Below, piece by piece: positions 49,513 through 63,129 of a stretch of DNA of 64,000 nucleotides (position 1 is its first letter; each line of letters begins with the position of its first letter). Made by a program: the position numbers and the translations under genes. The notes under the pieces were generated by a model. That model had not been told where the DNA came from and did no database searches. It was given only the letters and a program-made list of their open reading frames with translations. Source of the DNA: Octopus bimaculoides (Eukaryota); assembly GCF_001194135.2 (NCBI RefSeq), contig NC_068983.1, forward strand, positions 116,144,947 to 116,208,946, given 5' to 3'.

Positions 49513-52500
49513 NNNNNNNNNNNNNNNNNNNNNNNNNNNNNNNNNNNNNNNNNNNNNNNNNNNNNAATGTTATTTCTAAATTGCTCTTCTTTTTTACATC
49601 ATATATATATATATATATGCATGCATAAATTACTGATATTTTTATTATAAAACTGAAATCTGCTAAGTGTTTGTATATTAATAATTATGCTACTAGTATG
49701 ACCAACAGATGCTGTTTATGTTAGCAGTATGAATGAAGTTAAGAAAATATTCATATTTTGTTAGTGATTATTAGTCCTGTTGGCTGCTGCTGTTCTGGGA
49801 TTAGTTGGCATAAGATGCCATTGATGTAAATCTCAGATCATCTTTATGTTGAGAAGTAGTAATTGGGGAAATGGAACATTTTCAGGGAGTATGATATGTT
49901 TCTGTAAACAGGACATTAAATCTTTTGTTTTGACTTGGAAATTAGATATTATTTTTTTAGTCGTTTTTTTTTTCTTTTCTTTTTTAAACTATATAAACGT
50001 TATATAGGATATCATATTAGTCATTTGTTTGAATGTAGGCCAAATGACTTGCAGCTTCATGCTTCCAGATGTGGTTTTGGGGACAGATTTTGAGATATTT
50101 TTGTATGGGTGCACTGAAGAATAATTTTAACAACAGTTGCAGTTGTATCACAGCTCATATTGTGCTGACACTATTAAAACCTGTCTGGTTGACTGGGATT
50201 TGTTGTTACCTATGTTCACCATTGCATATCACTGGTTATGTTGGCCAGCATGTTTGGGTGGGTATCTTTATTTGATTTTAGACACTAATTGTTACTTATG
50301 ATTTTTGTATATTGAATTTCTTAAGTACAAGGCCAAATTTTGCTGGGAGGGGAGTCCTTGATAGAATTCATTCCTCTATGTTGCTAGTTCTTATTTTATA
50401 GACTCTATAAAAATAACAGTTGGTAGCAGCAGGATTTCAATCAAAACAAACTATACAGAACTAAATGCTATGAAGATTTTAAACCCTTCACTCACACTTT
50501 TTTTTTATGTCAATAATGATGTGTCATTTCTATTTCTGAGTGAAACAATTTTATCTTTGCGAAAGTACCTAGAAAAGGCATAAAAGTCGCAATACAATAT
50601 TTCTATTTCCCTGTAAATCTGACCTATATATGGAATTGTGTTGATGTTTTAGTTTTGTTTTAATTTGTTCATCTAAACAATGTTTTGCACCACCAAATTT
50701 GCATCATAAAATAACATGGATTTATGTTAATGTTTTTATCTAAGTAAATTGTGTCATTACTGTTTAAGAATATCTGTGCATATGTGAAGTGAGTTTCATT
50801 CTTGTTCTCTCACTCTTTTTGTTCTGTACTTGGTTACTATTAACAAGTGCTTAGTTTACTTTGTTTTAACTTTGCGAAAAAGTCGGTACTTCTGTTTGAT
50901 AGTGAGCAATTTCTGCAAACTAATATACACTACACACCCACATAAATAGTAATAGCAATTCTAAGAAGCGGTTTAGCTATATGCATTTCAGATTAGGATT
51001 GTCAGAATATAGGATAATCTGAGACACTCTTGAATGTCATACAATACTTCCATACTTTTCTAAAAATCTGAAAATGTGTCTAAAACTTAAATTACAATTT
51101 AAGAACTGTTATACTGTTAGAAAACAAAAATGATTTTTTAGATATGAATACAGTTTTGAAGAGAATGTGAACAGTTGATCAAATTGATTGCAATGACATG
51201 GCAGAGAGATATAAATACAAGTCAACTCTGAGGAGTGTTTAGCTTCAAAGTAAAGAACTAAATACTCATTCCAGTACTCAAACACTTCCGCTGACTCGTT
51301 ATCATAATAACCCATAAACTTAACACTTTTGTTTGTTCTGTTATAAATTTTCACTTCAAAATCTGTGAAGATGTGTAGTTAAGTCCAGTGTTTCAATCCA
51401 CCCCTATTGTAGTTTTTCGTTGTGACTGTTGACACCTCTCACTTGTAATGTCATCTTTATACATTCTGACATTAAGAGAAAACAAATAACAATAAATATG
51501 TTTCATATATACAAGGCTCAACTATAGTTAAAGATGGATGTTGTAGAGAATTAGCAGACACCAAGCATGCCCAAAGACTAAGTTTTTCATTTGCATGACA
51601 CAACTGTGCTAAATGCTAATTCTAGTCAGGGTCCACAGATCTGAAAAATTATCAAAGTAGCAACAACAAAGTGAGATCCACTCAGTTGATTTTACATGTC
51701 TTTTGCATTTAACAAAACAGTTTTGTGCTTATCAAAACAAATTATTATGCAAAGATTGAGATGTCATTATCATTTGATCAGTGGTTGTATATTTTCAGTA
51801 AATCAAATCAGTGACTGGGCTTCAATACTAATTGGCGTCATGTCACAAATTTCCATTTTGCCTGTTCTAAAACTGTTTTGATTACATTTTAGCAAGTTTG
51901 TTGATAATTAAATAACAGGCTGTTGCTGTTTAGCTCTCAAGTGAGCACTGATTAGACTCTGATCAAAGCTTTCCAGACATGACCGACCTGCCTTATTTTC
52001 AGACAATGTATGGCAGGACTACTATATACAATGTATTCGAGGAGAATTTGGCTCCTAAAAATAGCATCTAAATTCTCCTCAAATGTAGAAGTCACCCCAG
52101 TTTATTGAATAACAGGTTTAGCCTTAGGTCAGCTTTGATTGAGTAGATATAATGAGAGTTCAAGTTGTGACCTTTATGTCTATATATTTAAGACAAACAT
52201 CATTTGACAAGTTCTTTATTTTTAGGGGTAGATTTGGATGCTTTCTGTTGCATATTGAGTAACCACTGATGGGGGTCTCTTGGTGTTGTGGTTTGGTAGC
52301 AAGATCTCAGTGAACTGAATTTGCTCAAAGGTTTCAGTTCCCTTTTATTCTAATGTTCTTGAAAAATGGCCAAAAATTACTTGTTTCTTGTTCCATCTCC
52401 TTGGAGTTAAAGTAAAATAGATACTTTACATTATCTTTGGATTTACAATACTGAGTGCAATCATTTCCTCTCTATATAAAAATCAGTTCTGCTTCGCAAT

Positions 52501-53849
52501 ATCTCATTGCTGAATTAAGTACCAGTGACATATAAGATTATTATAAAATCAAAATCTGCTAAGTGTTTTTATATTAATAATTATGCTACTAGTATGTGAA
52601 ATGGTTGGAATTTCAATCAATATCCAACCATTTCACATATGCAGGTCTGGTGGGTTAACCAAAGGAAATCATTTTTGGTACTTACATTTTCATTGACTAC
52701 TGTGTAATGGAATATTCTGCTATAATTTCTTTCAAAGCTTTTCTTTATAAATGATATTGTTAGATTTATCAAAATTCATAACACTGTAATTGTAGAAAGG
52801 TGACATTCTCAGTTCTACATAAATTGAATTGACAAGAGGGCCTCAGTGGTCACACGACCTGCTGGAAAAAACAGCCAGACTTTCTTCTACTCACACCATA
52901 CTGTTTTAAATAAGGGAATGAAACTTTTGGTAATATATCCCTGCATATCCATAAAAGAGATGGAATGCCTTTAGTTTTGTCTGCTTGATCAGGGTTGGCC
53001 TGAGTGAGGCTAAGTAGCATTCTATATAAATGTCTGGTCATTTTTAAACTTTGTTCAATAGTCAATGGAGTTCAAAGTATAGCTGATTTTATTTTGCACA
53101 TTGTTTACTAGTGAAGCTTGATATAGTTTGAAAAAAAAAAAAAAATGATAAAATGAAATAGCCCTTTAGAAGAAAATATATTCTGAACTATAATGTATGT
53201 TAATGTATAAGTTCCATCAATCTTTTTTTTAAATATGAGCAGTCTAGGATAATAGCAAATCTTAGAGGTTTGATGTGACAGAACTAAAAAGAATTAGAAG
53301 CAAAGAAATTTTTAATTGTTAATATTTTCTAGAAATAAAACTTTAAAAATTATCCATTAATATTTGCTGAGTTGTATTTTCTCTCTCATTGCAAAGAATA
53401 AATCTAAATATTCATTCATCTTCTATTTTGGTTCTAAAAGTTTTCAGATGTGTACCCTACTATAAATGATTTACGCCAGTTGTTTAGTCTTAAGTCATCA
53501 TCTTTGACTTAGGATGAAAGATGTTCCATTTGTGAGCCGGTTTTTTTTTCTGCTGTAAAGCATATATATACCTTATTCAACATGCAATTCCCCGATATGG
53601 TGTGAATTGAGTGAGATGAGGCTTTTTCTGACTGGTCGAGCCAACAAGTAGCGATTCTCCGTGATTGTACTGTAGTACTCACTTAGGAAGTGAACTGGCA
53701 GAGTGTCGAGTAAAATATCCAGCAGTATTTGATTAGGTTCTTAATTCAAATTCTACCGAAATCAAATTTGCCTTTTACCCCTTCTCGTGTCACTGAAATA
53801 AACTACCAGTCAAGTACTGGAGTCGATTCCTATAGCGCATTCTAAATGC

Positions 53850-54985
53850 GAATTGAAGTATAACACAAGTCCGCCGAGACAACAAAATAAGAATGGTTTT
53901 CTAAATTTTTATACTACTAGTGATACAAATTAAAATTACGCGCCAGTTGAAAAGAGTAAAACTTTCACAAACACAAATGTTTAATATACATATAAGAAAT
54001 ACAAAACAACCATAAATCCCTTTGTATACTATTAAACGATGTTGACAGCAAAATATCAATAAACAGTCCGTTACTCACCTTCTGTCAATTATATATTTTT
54101 TCTTTGGTGACGCATCACTTATTCCATTAATCCACTTTTTGGACTGTTTACTCGTAACTTTAAAAAAAACTATATTAACCTCCTTTTTTAAAATTAGAAG
54201 TTTAGGGTATTGGCTCTCGTTCTTTTTCAACTTTGGTTTTATCGTTCTCTTCGCGATAGTGTTTACGTATACAACAGTGACTGTAATTTGTCCTTTGTTT
54301 TGTTTTACTTTTAAGATTTCGTTAATCGTAAATTTCTAGCAGGTGTGTGTATGCGAGCGTGCTTGCTCAAATAACAGCCATGCCTTTAACGGAGGCAGCG
54401 CCAATGGTAGCAGCATCTCATGCGACTGTTGCTACTATCGGTTGCCACCAACAGGTACCACTCCATCCTCAGTGTGACGTTGGGGGAGGAGCCTGGACGG
54501 TTTTTTCGTCTGCTGCTCCTGCTGCTATCTTCTAGCTGTAATGAGAACTTCTCTTGTCGCTACATGTGTCTAAAGACTTTTTTTTATTAGGTCTCACTGC
54601 TGCAGTATGTCTACATACACATAGAGCTTAGACGTTACGGATGGCTTTTCAAGCCTGCTTTCTTTTACTATCTTGTTTACTAAGTCTGATTAAGCCATCA
54701 CTTTTACTCTTCCCTCCGCCATCTTCTAAATATCCTTCCATCTCTTTTCATATTAATTTCGGTTCATCATTATTAATATCGAACATATCAGGACTGCAAA
54801 AATGAATAACAACTCTCGGCATGAACAACACAACGAGGAATATTCATGGAAACAAAAACAATAATTACCTCTGCTGTAGCAAAAACATTTTATTTCATAT
54901 GAGAACGTTTTTCATTACAGTTAGTATTCCAGTATATGTGTGAATTAGCAGGTTCGTCTGTGATATCAAATAACCCTAGTTAAGG
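53850..54985. promoter_or_regulatory. CpG-retaining, repeat-free region upstream of the PIX-like exon (probable promoter/5' UTR)
   Basis: Elevated CpG, no recognisable repeats, directly upstream of ATG 54986. Confidence 0.45.
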
Positions 54986-55525
54986 ATGGAAACCTCCAAT
55001 TTTGCTAAAGATTATGAAGACATTGTCAATGAAATCAAAGACTTTATTGCTTCTCTTAATATTTCAGATGAAGAGGACCAGTCCTGTACAAACCCTTGCT
55101 TCATTGGCAACAACAATAGCCAACACCAACTTCAATCAAGTTCATTATCTTCATCATCATCGTTATCATCGTCATCCTCGACCAACAGTCTGTTTACAAC
55201 CAGTATTCCAACATTATCATCATCTACAGTCAACTTTGTCACTGCCAACAGTTTGTACAACTCGACTCTCAAAGCCGGTTTGGTTGGCCCTACTCCTTCT
55301 ACTTCAACAACTACAGATACATCTCAATCTCCAAACACACCTGACGGAACTAATATCAAGACAAGCAACGATTTCATCCAAACTTCAAAAGAACCCAAAC
55401 CCCCAAGTGTCAACCATACTTTTACCAACGGAAGAATGGCTGACCATGTGGGGATTAACACTGGGACTTCGAATCCCAAACGAGTCAAAGCTATGCACAA
55501 TTTCAAAGGCTCCAACAATGATGAA
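54986..55525 (+). CDS. ARHGEF7: Probable first coding exon of a PIX-family Rho GEF (ARHGEF7/6-like): about 165-aa Ser/Thr-rich N-terminus plus the start of an SH3 domain
   Basis: 180 open codons from ATG 54986, with in-frame TAG at 54977-54979. Ends ...PKRVKAMHNFKGSNNDE at a phase-0 GAA|GTAAGT donor (GT at 55526). The motif resembles the SH3 N-terminus of PIX proteins as recalled (Drosophila Pix YSFMGSNNDELCF; human beta-PIX FNFQQTNEDELSF). Family assignment rests on about 15 residues. Confidence 0.7.
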
Positions 55526-55641
55526 GTAAGTTTACCTTATAATTTATGTTGATTATTGCATGTTATTACTGTCGATTTGCATTACATGAAATTTTTGTCT
55601 GCATACATTGTATATATTTCTATAACATCCAAACTCTGTGA

Positions 55642-55700
<59 letters not shown>

Positions 55701-56376
55701 CATATAATGATATCTACCAAATGTATTGGTAAGATAAAACATGCAATCGTTACCAAAATAGCAAATATATATATATATATATATATGTAAATGTATGTAT
55801 AATGGAGAGCTGTCTGTATTTTGAGGTACATGTGCTTATTTAAGCTTTTAAAATGGTCATGGTAGTAAAGTTGGTCTTTTTAGCTGTGTTGTGTTTGTAT
55901 TCCATCAAGCTATGTTGCATCTCATTAAAATGGTTTAGAATTAAGAGAATGACGTGCTTTACAAATACAAGCAAGTAAATGCTATAATGTTTTGTGTAGA
56001 TAAGTATAAGCTGTTGGTTTGTGTCATGTTAAGAGTTTCTTATAGGATCCTTTTCGATTTAAATGTAACAGTAGCTTGGTGAATATAATGTTGCAAATAA
56101 ACATTTAGTGGTATTCTGTTTCTAGTTTTTATAAGTAGGTTTCACATTCATAAAACCATACACAGCTGCAAACGCACACTGGTATATTTATATCATTATC
56201 CCTTTGTATAACTGCATGCATACTTCCTTATAGTTGTCACATTTAACAAGTACCAGAAATTTTCATTTTACTGGTTTTTTTTTTTAATATTTCAAAAAAA
56301 TTAAGAAAATTACATTATGATACAATGTGTGTGTGTTACACATTAATTTTAATCAAAATTAAACTTTGATATATAA

Positions 56377-56624
56377 GCGCAGGAGTGGCTGTGTGGTAAA
56401 GTAGCTTGCTTACCAACCACATGGTTCTGGGTTCAGTCCCACTGCATGGCACCTTGGGCAAGTGTCTTATACTATAACCTTGGGCTGACCAAAGTCTTGT
56501 GAGTGGAAGCCCATCGTGTATATATATATATNNNNNNNNNNNNNNNNNNNNNNNNNNNNNNNNNNNNNNNNNNNNNNNNNNNNNNNNNNNNNNNNNNNNN
56601 NNNNNNNNNNNNNNNNNNNNNNNN

Positions 56625-56682
<58 letters not shown>

Positions 56683-56835
56683 TGAGTCTGTGTTGTTTCC
56701 ACCCCAACATCGCTTGACAACCTATGTTAATGTGTTTAGGTCCACGTAAATTAGCAGTTTGGCAAAAGAAACTGATAGAATATGGACTAGGCTTAGATAG
56801 AATATGTCCTGGGGTTGCTTTGTTCGACTAACATA
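56377..56835 (+). mobile_element. SINE family A (diverged)
   Basis: Head, internal microsatellite with N-gap, and 3' half. Confidence 0.85.
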
Positions 56836-58199
56836 AAAGAATATAAAGATATATAAGTTCATTCTGTTTCCTTTCACTGTTTTTCCAGTTGTTATTCCAG
56901 TCATGAAATAAATGGTTGTTGGTTTTCATGTATTTTAGTATAGAACACTTTTTCAAGGCTATTCCTTTTTCTTCTATATATCAAAGGCGAAATTTATTTC
57001 TTCATCACCTGATATAATTTCTTCTAAGATATCAATTACCAAATGCCAATTTAATGAGACTAAATTTGTTAAATGATGTAAAAAGACTAAATTAAAGTGA
57101 TTTCCTTCCAGAAAATGAACAAAAGATTTAATTAGTAGTGCAGTCACATGCTATCTCATTCATTTGCTTTTTATATATTAAAAAAAAAAATTTTACATTA
57201 ATTCTTTCAATGGCTTGGTCCAGAAGTTTGATGTACCTTGTATCAATACCAATTTATAACTCTTAATTTAAAAGAGAAACAGTGAATATCAAGGAAACAG
57301 CATACTCCTTTATAACAACAATTATTTGTTGTTCTTGTTTGACAATATTGTCAGTTGAGAATATTTTGTTTCCTTCCTCATTGGCTGTTTTTCTAAGTTC
57401 AGTCTCACCCATATGTTACAAATCATCTGTGCACACTAGCTTTTATAATCTTAAATCTCATCACTTCCTGTCGGTAACCTCATAGCTAGGGTTCTCTGAC
57501 ATGCATCTATTCCCTGTAGTTTGCTCTTCAAATGGTCTCCACTTCATATGTCTTATGTCTTTACTACATCCTCTAATCTATGGTTTTGCAGTATCTGATA
57601 AACATTTTCAGATGTTCCGTACCAAGGTTCAGCTTCATTAAATTATTTTGCACTTGCAGAAGAACTAACATCAAATTTGTCTCCCAAGTGATTGATATCT
57701 TTCTAAATTAAAATAATTTTCACTGAAGTTGCTTTAATATTTTCCCTGTTGTAAGCTGATACTGTTCCCAGTTTCATTGCCTTATAGTATGATTAAGTAA
57801 TCCTTAGAGAACTGGCAGGTTAGAGATGGCAGAGATAAAATTTTGATTTGAAAGAAGTCGTTAACTTGTATCTGCAGGATATATATTTAATTTTGTTTTT
57901 GTTCATTAGAGCTGATCATGAAAATGATAAAAAAAAAATTGGAATGTTAATATTTCCAGGTTTAAAATATAGTTACTGTTATATATAGATTATATACACA
58001 ATCAAAAGTTTTCATGAGATTCAGACATACTCCATTTTGATTCTGATACTCTTTTTATTACCAATTTTTAATTGCCTATTTCAAGGGTGTGCAATGTAGA
58101 ATAAATATTTTTTTTTTCTAATCTTAATGATCTTTTTCATAACTTTTGGCATGAAAATTGTATGTCAGTTCTACCAATTAATATTTAGATAGTAGGAGG

Positions 58200-58660
58200 G
58201 AGGAATTTCAACCATGTTTCGTGGTCTGCTACCACAACAGCTCCTTTATAGGATCCAGTTAGCTCAAGACATCATCAGGAGGAACCACGTCCGGTTTCGG
58301 CCCCTACTCCTCTACCGTTTTGACGTGGCGGTTNNNNNNNNNNNNNNNNNNNNNNNNNNNNNNNNNNNNNNNNNNNNNNNNCCCCTTTCGGAGGTGTCTT
58401 CAGCTCTGGTGTTGGGTGCATGTCTTCTTTCACTGTTTGTGACTGTTCTAATTCAACTGTGGAATGTCCCTCGCTATGGTTATTTTCCAGGAGGTTCTGG
58501 CCACACGTCTTACGGTTCATCAACCCGCGTTGTTGAATTACTTTCTTCCGACATACCTTCCCTTGGTGGATTACTATCCAGTTAGCTGAAGACATCATCA
58601 GGAGGAACCACGTCCGGTTTCGGCCCCTACTCCTCTACCGTTTTGACGTGGCGGTTTTGT
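58200..58660 (-). mobile_element. Penelope-like element fragment with 81-bp direct repeats (58253-58333, 58576-58656) around an N-gap
   Basis: Direct repeats differ at one base. Minus strand carries CTGATGA, CTGAAGA and CCGAAAC words typical of PLE pseudo-LTRs; GC-rich relative to flanks. No RT or GIY-YIG seen. Confidence 0.45.
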
Positions 58661-60133
58661 AAACATAACTATAAATTGGATATTACATATTGAATGAACA
58701 TGTGAAAGAAGCTAACTAACTGCAAGGTACTTGAGATGTAATTCAAAGAAATCTTGGTTTACTCTTAAGATGAGATCTGCCTGATATCACCTCTGGTTCT
58801 GTGATAAAAACTTCAAGTTTTAAAAATGATCATAATTAAAATCTTCCGTCAAAATTTCCTATTAATTTATGTTCCAAACACCAACTTAAAAATGACCGAG
58901 TTCTTTTGAATTCTTCATTGGTTTAAGAATTAACTGAAGCAAAGGCAGTGTTATTTCAGCAGAAATATGGTACCAAAAATCCATGCTCATAGATCCATGT
59001 AGAAATGTTGTACTGCATGCCAACATGAAAAAATAGCTGCTAAAAAAGATTACGAGGATGATGGTTCATTTTTCATGAGCTCAGATGATGATCCAGTCAC
59101 CTGTTACACAGTTTTGGGAGCGTTTAATTTGACAAAACATTCAGTTCATCAGTATTAACTTGAAAGTATCTACTGACTTTTAAGTACTCTTTGGCTCTTA
59201 GTGAATTAGTAATGTTGGTGCTCTGCTTTGTTGAATGTTATGGTAACAATTAGACTTGACACTGTGCTAGTCAAACAATAGATTTCTTGGAGTGATGGCA
59301 ATCTTATTATACTATATCATCTGCTGGTGTTGCTGATTATTAGCCAGCTCTTTCATATAATTGTTTTACACTTTGTTTATTTTTTTATTTATTTATTAGA
59401 CTCCTTAGTTACAATCAGTGTAACATTTCTGGAAAGGTTTAATAGTATGTTTCAACCTTGATCTACAGAGCTAATGAGTGTTCTCATTGAAATGAAATTC
59501 TCATTTACATTTGTAAATTGATTCATTGGCAAAATTGAAAGTCCATTTGAAAGATGTAAATCCAGCTGATTATCATTTCCTGCTTATTAATGTTTGCATA
59601 TCCATGTCTTTTATGGTATTGAAATTTAGTTAATATTAAGAATTAATCTCTAAATAGACCTTTGTAGAAAGTTCTGGTTTTACTGTTGAATTGTGTTGAC
59701 TGAATAAAATAACTCATTTTTGTGATTATATAAATGATATGTAACTGTGTTTCAATATCTTCAGTCAAATGTCTTACATTTCTTCTTAACTGGATTGGCG
59801 AATATTTGTGTTGCAAACAGGGAAAATGTATTCAATAAAATGCATTTTATTGTTCAAGAAGCTAAAACTTCTTGAACAATTGGAAATATTAAATTAGAAT
59901 TATAGAATTTAAGAAGCTTCAACTTGTAATAATGATAATCTATGTACTTTTAAAAAAATTTATGTTAACATTCCTTTCACATCACTAATAATTAATAAAG
60001 TCAGCTGTATGTTACTGATTAATGAAAATTAAAGAGTGCCTATTTAACGAACTTAGAAATGCCACTTTCGTTTATCTATGCTATCGTATTAAAGATACTG
60101 TTTATTTACATTTTATCAGGTGGTTTGATTAAA

Positions 60134-60357
60134 TTAATCCATTAACATTTAAACCAGCCATAACTGGCCTAAATATACAACCTGTCTTATGTTCAAGCTG
60201 GTCAGATCTGGCCACTCACACATATTCTACAATGTCATTCTGAAAATATACAGTCACATCATCAAAATCTTGAAGCTATGAGATAATACCCAATTACTTG
60301 AAAACAATGTAAATAAATATTACATTTTATAGAGTAATGTGAATGCTAAGAGGTCAA
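60134..60357. mobile_element. TTAA-flanked MITE, diverged copy
   Basis: Ends ttaatccattaacattta and tgaatgctaagaggtcaa; internal homology. Confidence 0.6.
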
Positions 60358-61259
60358 GGAAAGTTTTTTTATATGGAGTTATTGGAAATATTTGTTTGTA
60401 ATTTTCGTTTATTCAAACTCCTGATTTGTTCATTTATATAAATTTTGGTTTAGTTGAATTATTAGTCTTGAATATACTTTTATTCTTGTACTATTAGAAC
60501 TTGGAATATCTGAAGGAAATAGTATATTATTTTTCGGTTAAATGCACTAGAAACACTGAAATAAATGATTCAACAAGAAAAGAAATTTTTGATTTAATTT
60601 GTGTCAAAATAATAATTACTTAAATATTACAGAGTAGCTAGCAAGAGTAATTTAATTCTTCAGCTGATTATTTAATTTTAATGTGAATACAATAGGTATA
60701 TCACATTACCTTAGTGACTAAATATAAAATTGTTCAGATAGGCACCTGCATTTAAATATTAGATTTTAAAGTAGTTACTAGGACTGTGTTGTCCAAAGAT
60801 TGTGAGCTGTTGAGACTGCAGGCTTTCTGCCTATACTGATAGCCCAAGTCATTAGTTGCAATAATTGTCCTTGACATGCTAGAAATAGCAGCCAAATCTT
60901 CATCACTCTTAGGATGGTCAAGTCTGGTGTGTTTTACTGTAAGTTTGTTTTATCAGTGTTGATCTGGACTAAGATAATAAAGTTGTCTGGTGTATTTACT
61001 AGAAATTATGTGATATCTTTATAAGTACATATTAAGTCTTGTGGCACTGTATTAACTGACGAATGAAGTGGTTATTTGTGAAACATATGTATGTATGTAT
61101 GTATTGAAACTCATATTTGTCAAGTCTAAAGAAAGTGGCAGTGTCCATGAACTTTGCAGACCCTCCAAGACTGGTAAGCTTGATACCATTTATGTTCTGT
61201 TTAAACTTTAGCAAGTAATATTTGCAGGAAACATGAACAGAAAGGAAATTTCAGAAGGT

Positions 61260-61760
61260 TGATGTTCTAAGAAGGTAAGAGTAGGCATAGGGCTAGAGTG
61301 GAGCCTGGAGGGTTGGATACAATAAGTGTGACAAGAAGTAGATCCGAGGAATAGGAGCTGTAATAGTAGTAATAGAAAAGGCAGAAGGAGGAGGCAATAT
61401 GCTTGTGAGCGAGTGAGCAGAGCACGTTTGTGAATGATTTAATGCCACTCATTCAAGCGACCCTTCTCTGAATGTAATTTAGAATAGAATTTCCATGTGT
61501 ATGCCTGCATCACTGTCCAAAAAGTTGGAGTAGTACTCTATTGTGGGTTTTATTTGAGTTTTGTTGAATGTCAGCTATTGTTGTAGGGCTGAAGAGAAGG
61601 GCCAGTCTTTGGGATGCTATGCAATCTATTTAAGGATGTGTTTTTGCCAGGAGAGATCCTTGTTTAAAATGAGTGATATTTTGATTGGCTATGGGTGTTG
61701 TAGCTGAGTGCCATTTCTTTTTAAGGGTATATGGTGTATTTTCTTGGTATGAGTTGTGCT
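61260..61760 (-). mobile_element. CR1/Jockey-group LINE 3' remnant
   Basis: LAHKHIASSFCLFYYYY..YSSDL resembles the 'L.HRR.VASL.LFYRY...CS.EL' C-terminal motif. Confidence 0.45.
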
Positions 61761-62343
61761 TGAGTTTATTTACTTTTCAAAAGTAAGTAAATATAAATAA
61801 CAAAGTTCAAATTCTGGAGTATTAAGATAAAAAAAAAAAAGAAACATAACTTGCCTTGTCCCCATTGGTTGTTTATAGATTTAACAAAGACGTGTGTGAT
61901 GTACAGATATTGACATAATACATGGTTCCTTACCCAGAACAATTATTTTTGTAATATTTTGCTAAACTCTAGATTATCTGAAGCAAACCACAATAAAAGA
62001 AATATGATTATCATTGCTACTTTATAGCGACTTCTCAGTAATTTTGAAAGAAATTTATCTAGGTTTTAACTTTTTTATTTGAATATTTCCATAGATTTAG
62101 GCAAAAAAAAAAAAAAATTAGAATTATTATTTTACTTTGAAATCATGGCATTACTGTTATTTTGTTTGTTGTTTTTTTTGTCTTTTTGCTTTGTATTTTT
62201 AAACATTTCATCATGATTTCAAAACATTTCATTCAGATATGAATTGGATGGTTTTACAGTTAACTCTATTGTCATTAGTGTCACTGGACATAAATTCAAA
62301 ATCTGTCTATTTGTTTGTCTGTCTGTCTGGCCATCTGTCCCTC

Positions 62344-62390
<47 letters not shown>

Positions 62391-63129
62391 TACACACATA
62401 TACAGTTTTCTCTATTTTGTAGAGTGACTGTATTTGATAATGGTGTTGATGTATTCTGAGGTGTTGAGTGGCCATATATATGTTTTTTCTCTGAAATAAC
62501 TCCTCAAATTGTATAGTATGTTATAGTATGTTCTCAAATGTATTAGCTTCTGTAGTGTTACTGAATATATTTATATATCTGGACATGAAATCAAGTTGTT
62601 TATTTACTAAATAAACTGACCTTTGATCTGATTTGCATTTACTTCAGGCTGTAGTATAAAAAAGAAATTATTCTGAGTCACATATCTGTGTCTTAGTAGT
62701 GGTGATTATTCTGAATTTAACTTGCAATCTGACTACTGTAGTTTTATGAAGGGAAACTACTGTTGTCAGTAGGAGGTAAGTGGTGGGTAGATAGAGAGGG
62801 GTTACCCAGTGGTTGGACTGAAAACTGGCAAAGATAAAGCAAAGATTTGATAAAACCTAAAGGGAATAGAGCTTTTGTTTGTTTATGTCATAGCAGAAAG
62901 TATGTCAGTTTTTTTTTCTTAATTTACTGTAGAATTGATGAGAATTGTCAAATTTTCAGTCAAGTTAGGCAAAATTCTAAACAAATTTATGTCAGCAAGA
63001 TTTAAAATATACTGACATCATTTTAGGATTTGGAGAACCTGAAATTTCCATTTAATATTTTAAAAACAACCTGTTTTAATTAAATTATGTAGTGGTGGTA
63101 ACATTGGTCAAGTTTTTTCAAGACTAATA

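Noticed and set aside
55002-55529. 175-aa overlapping-frame ORF and antisense ORF 55324-55518
   Set aside because: These are shadows of the low-complexity PIX-like exon; only the 54986 frame has the SH3 motif and a phase-0 donor.
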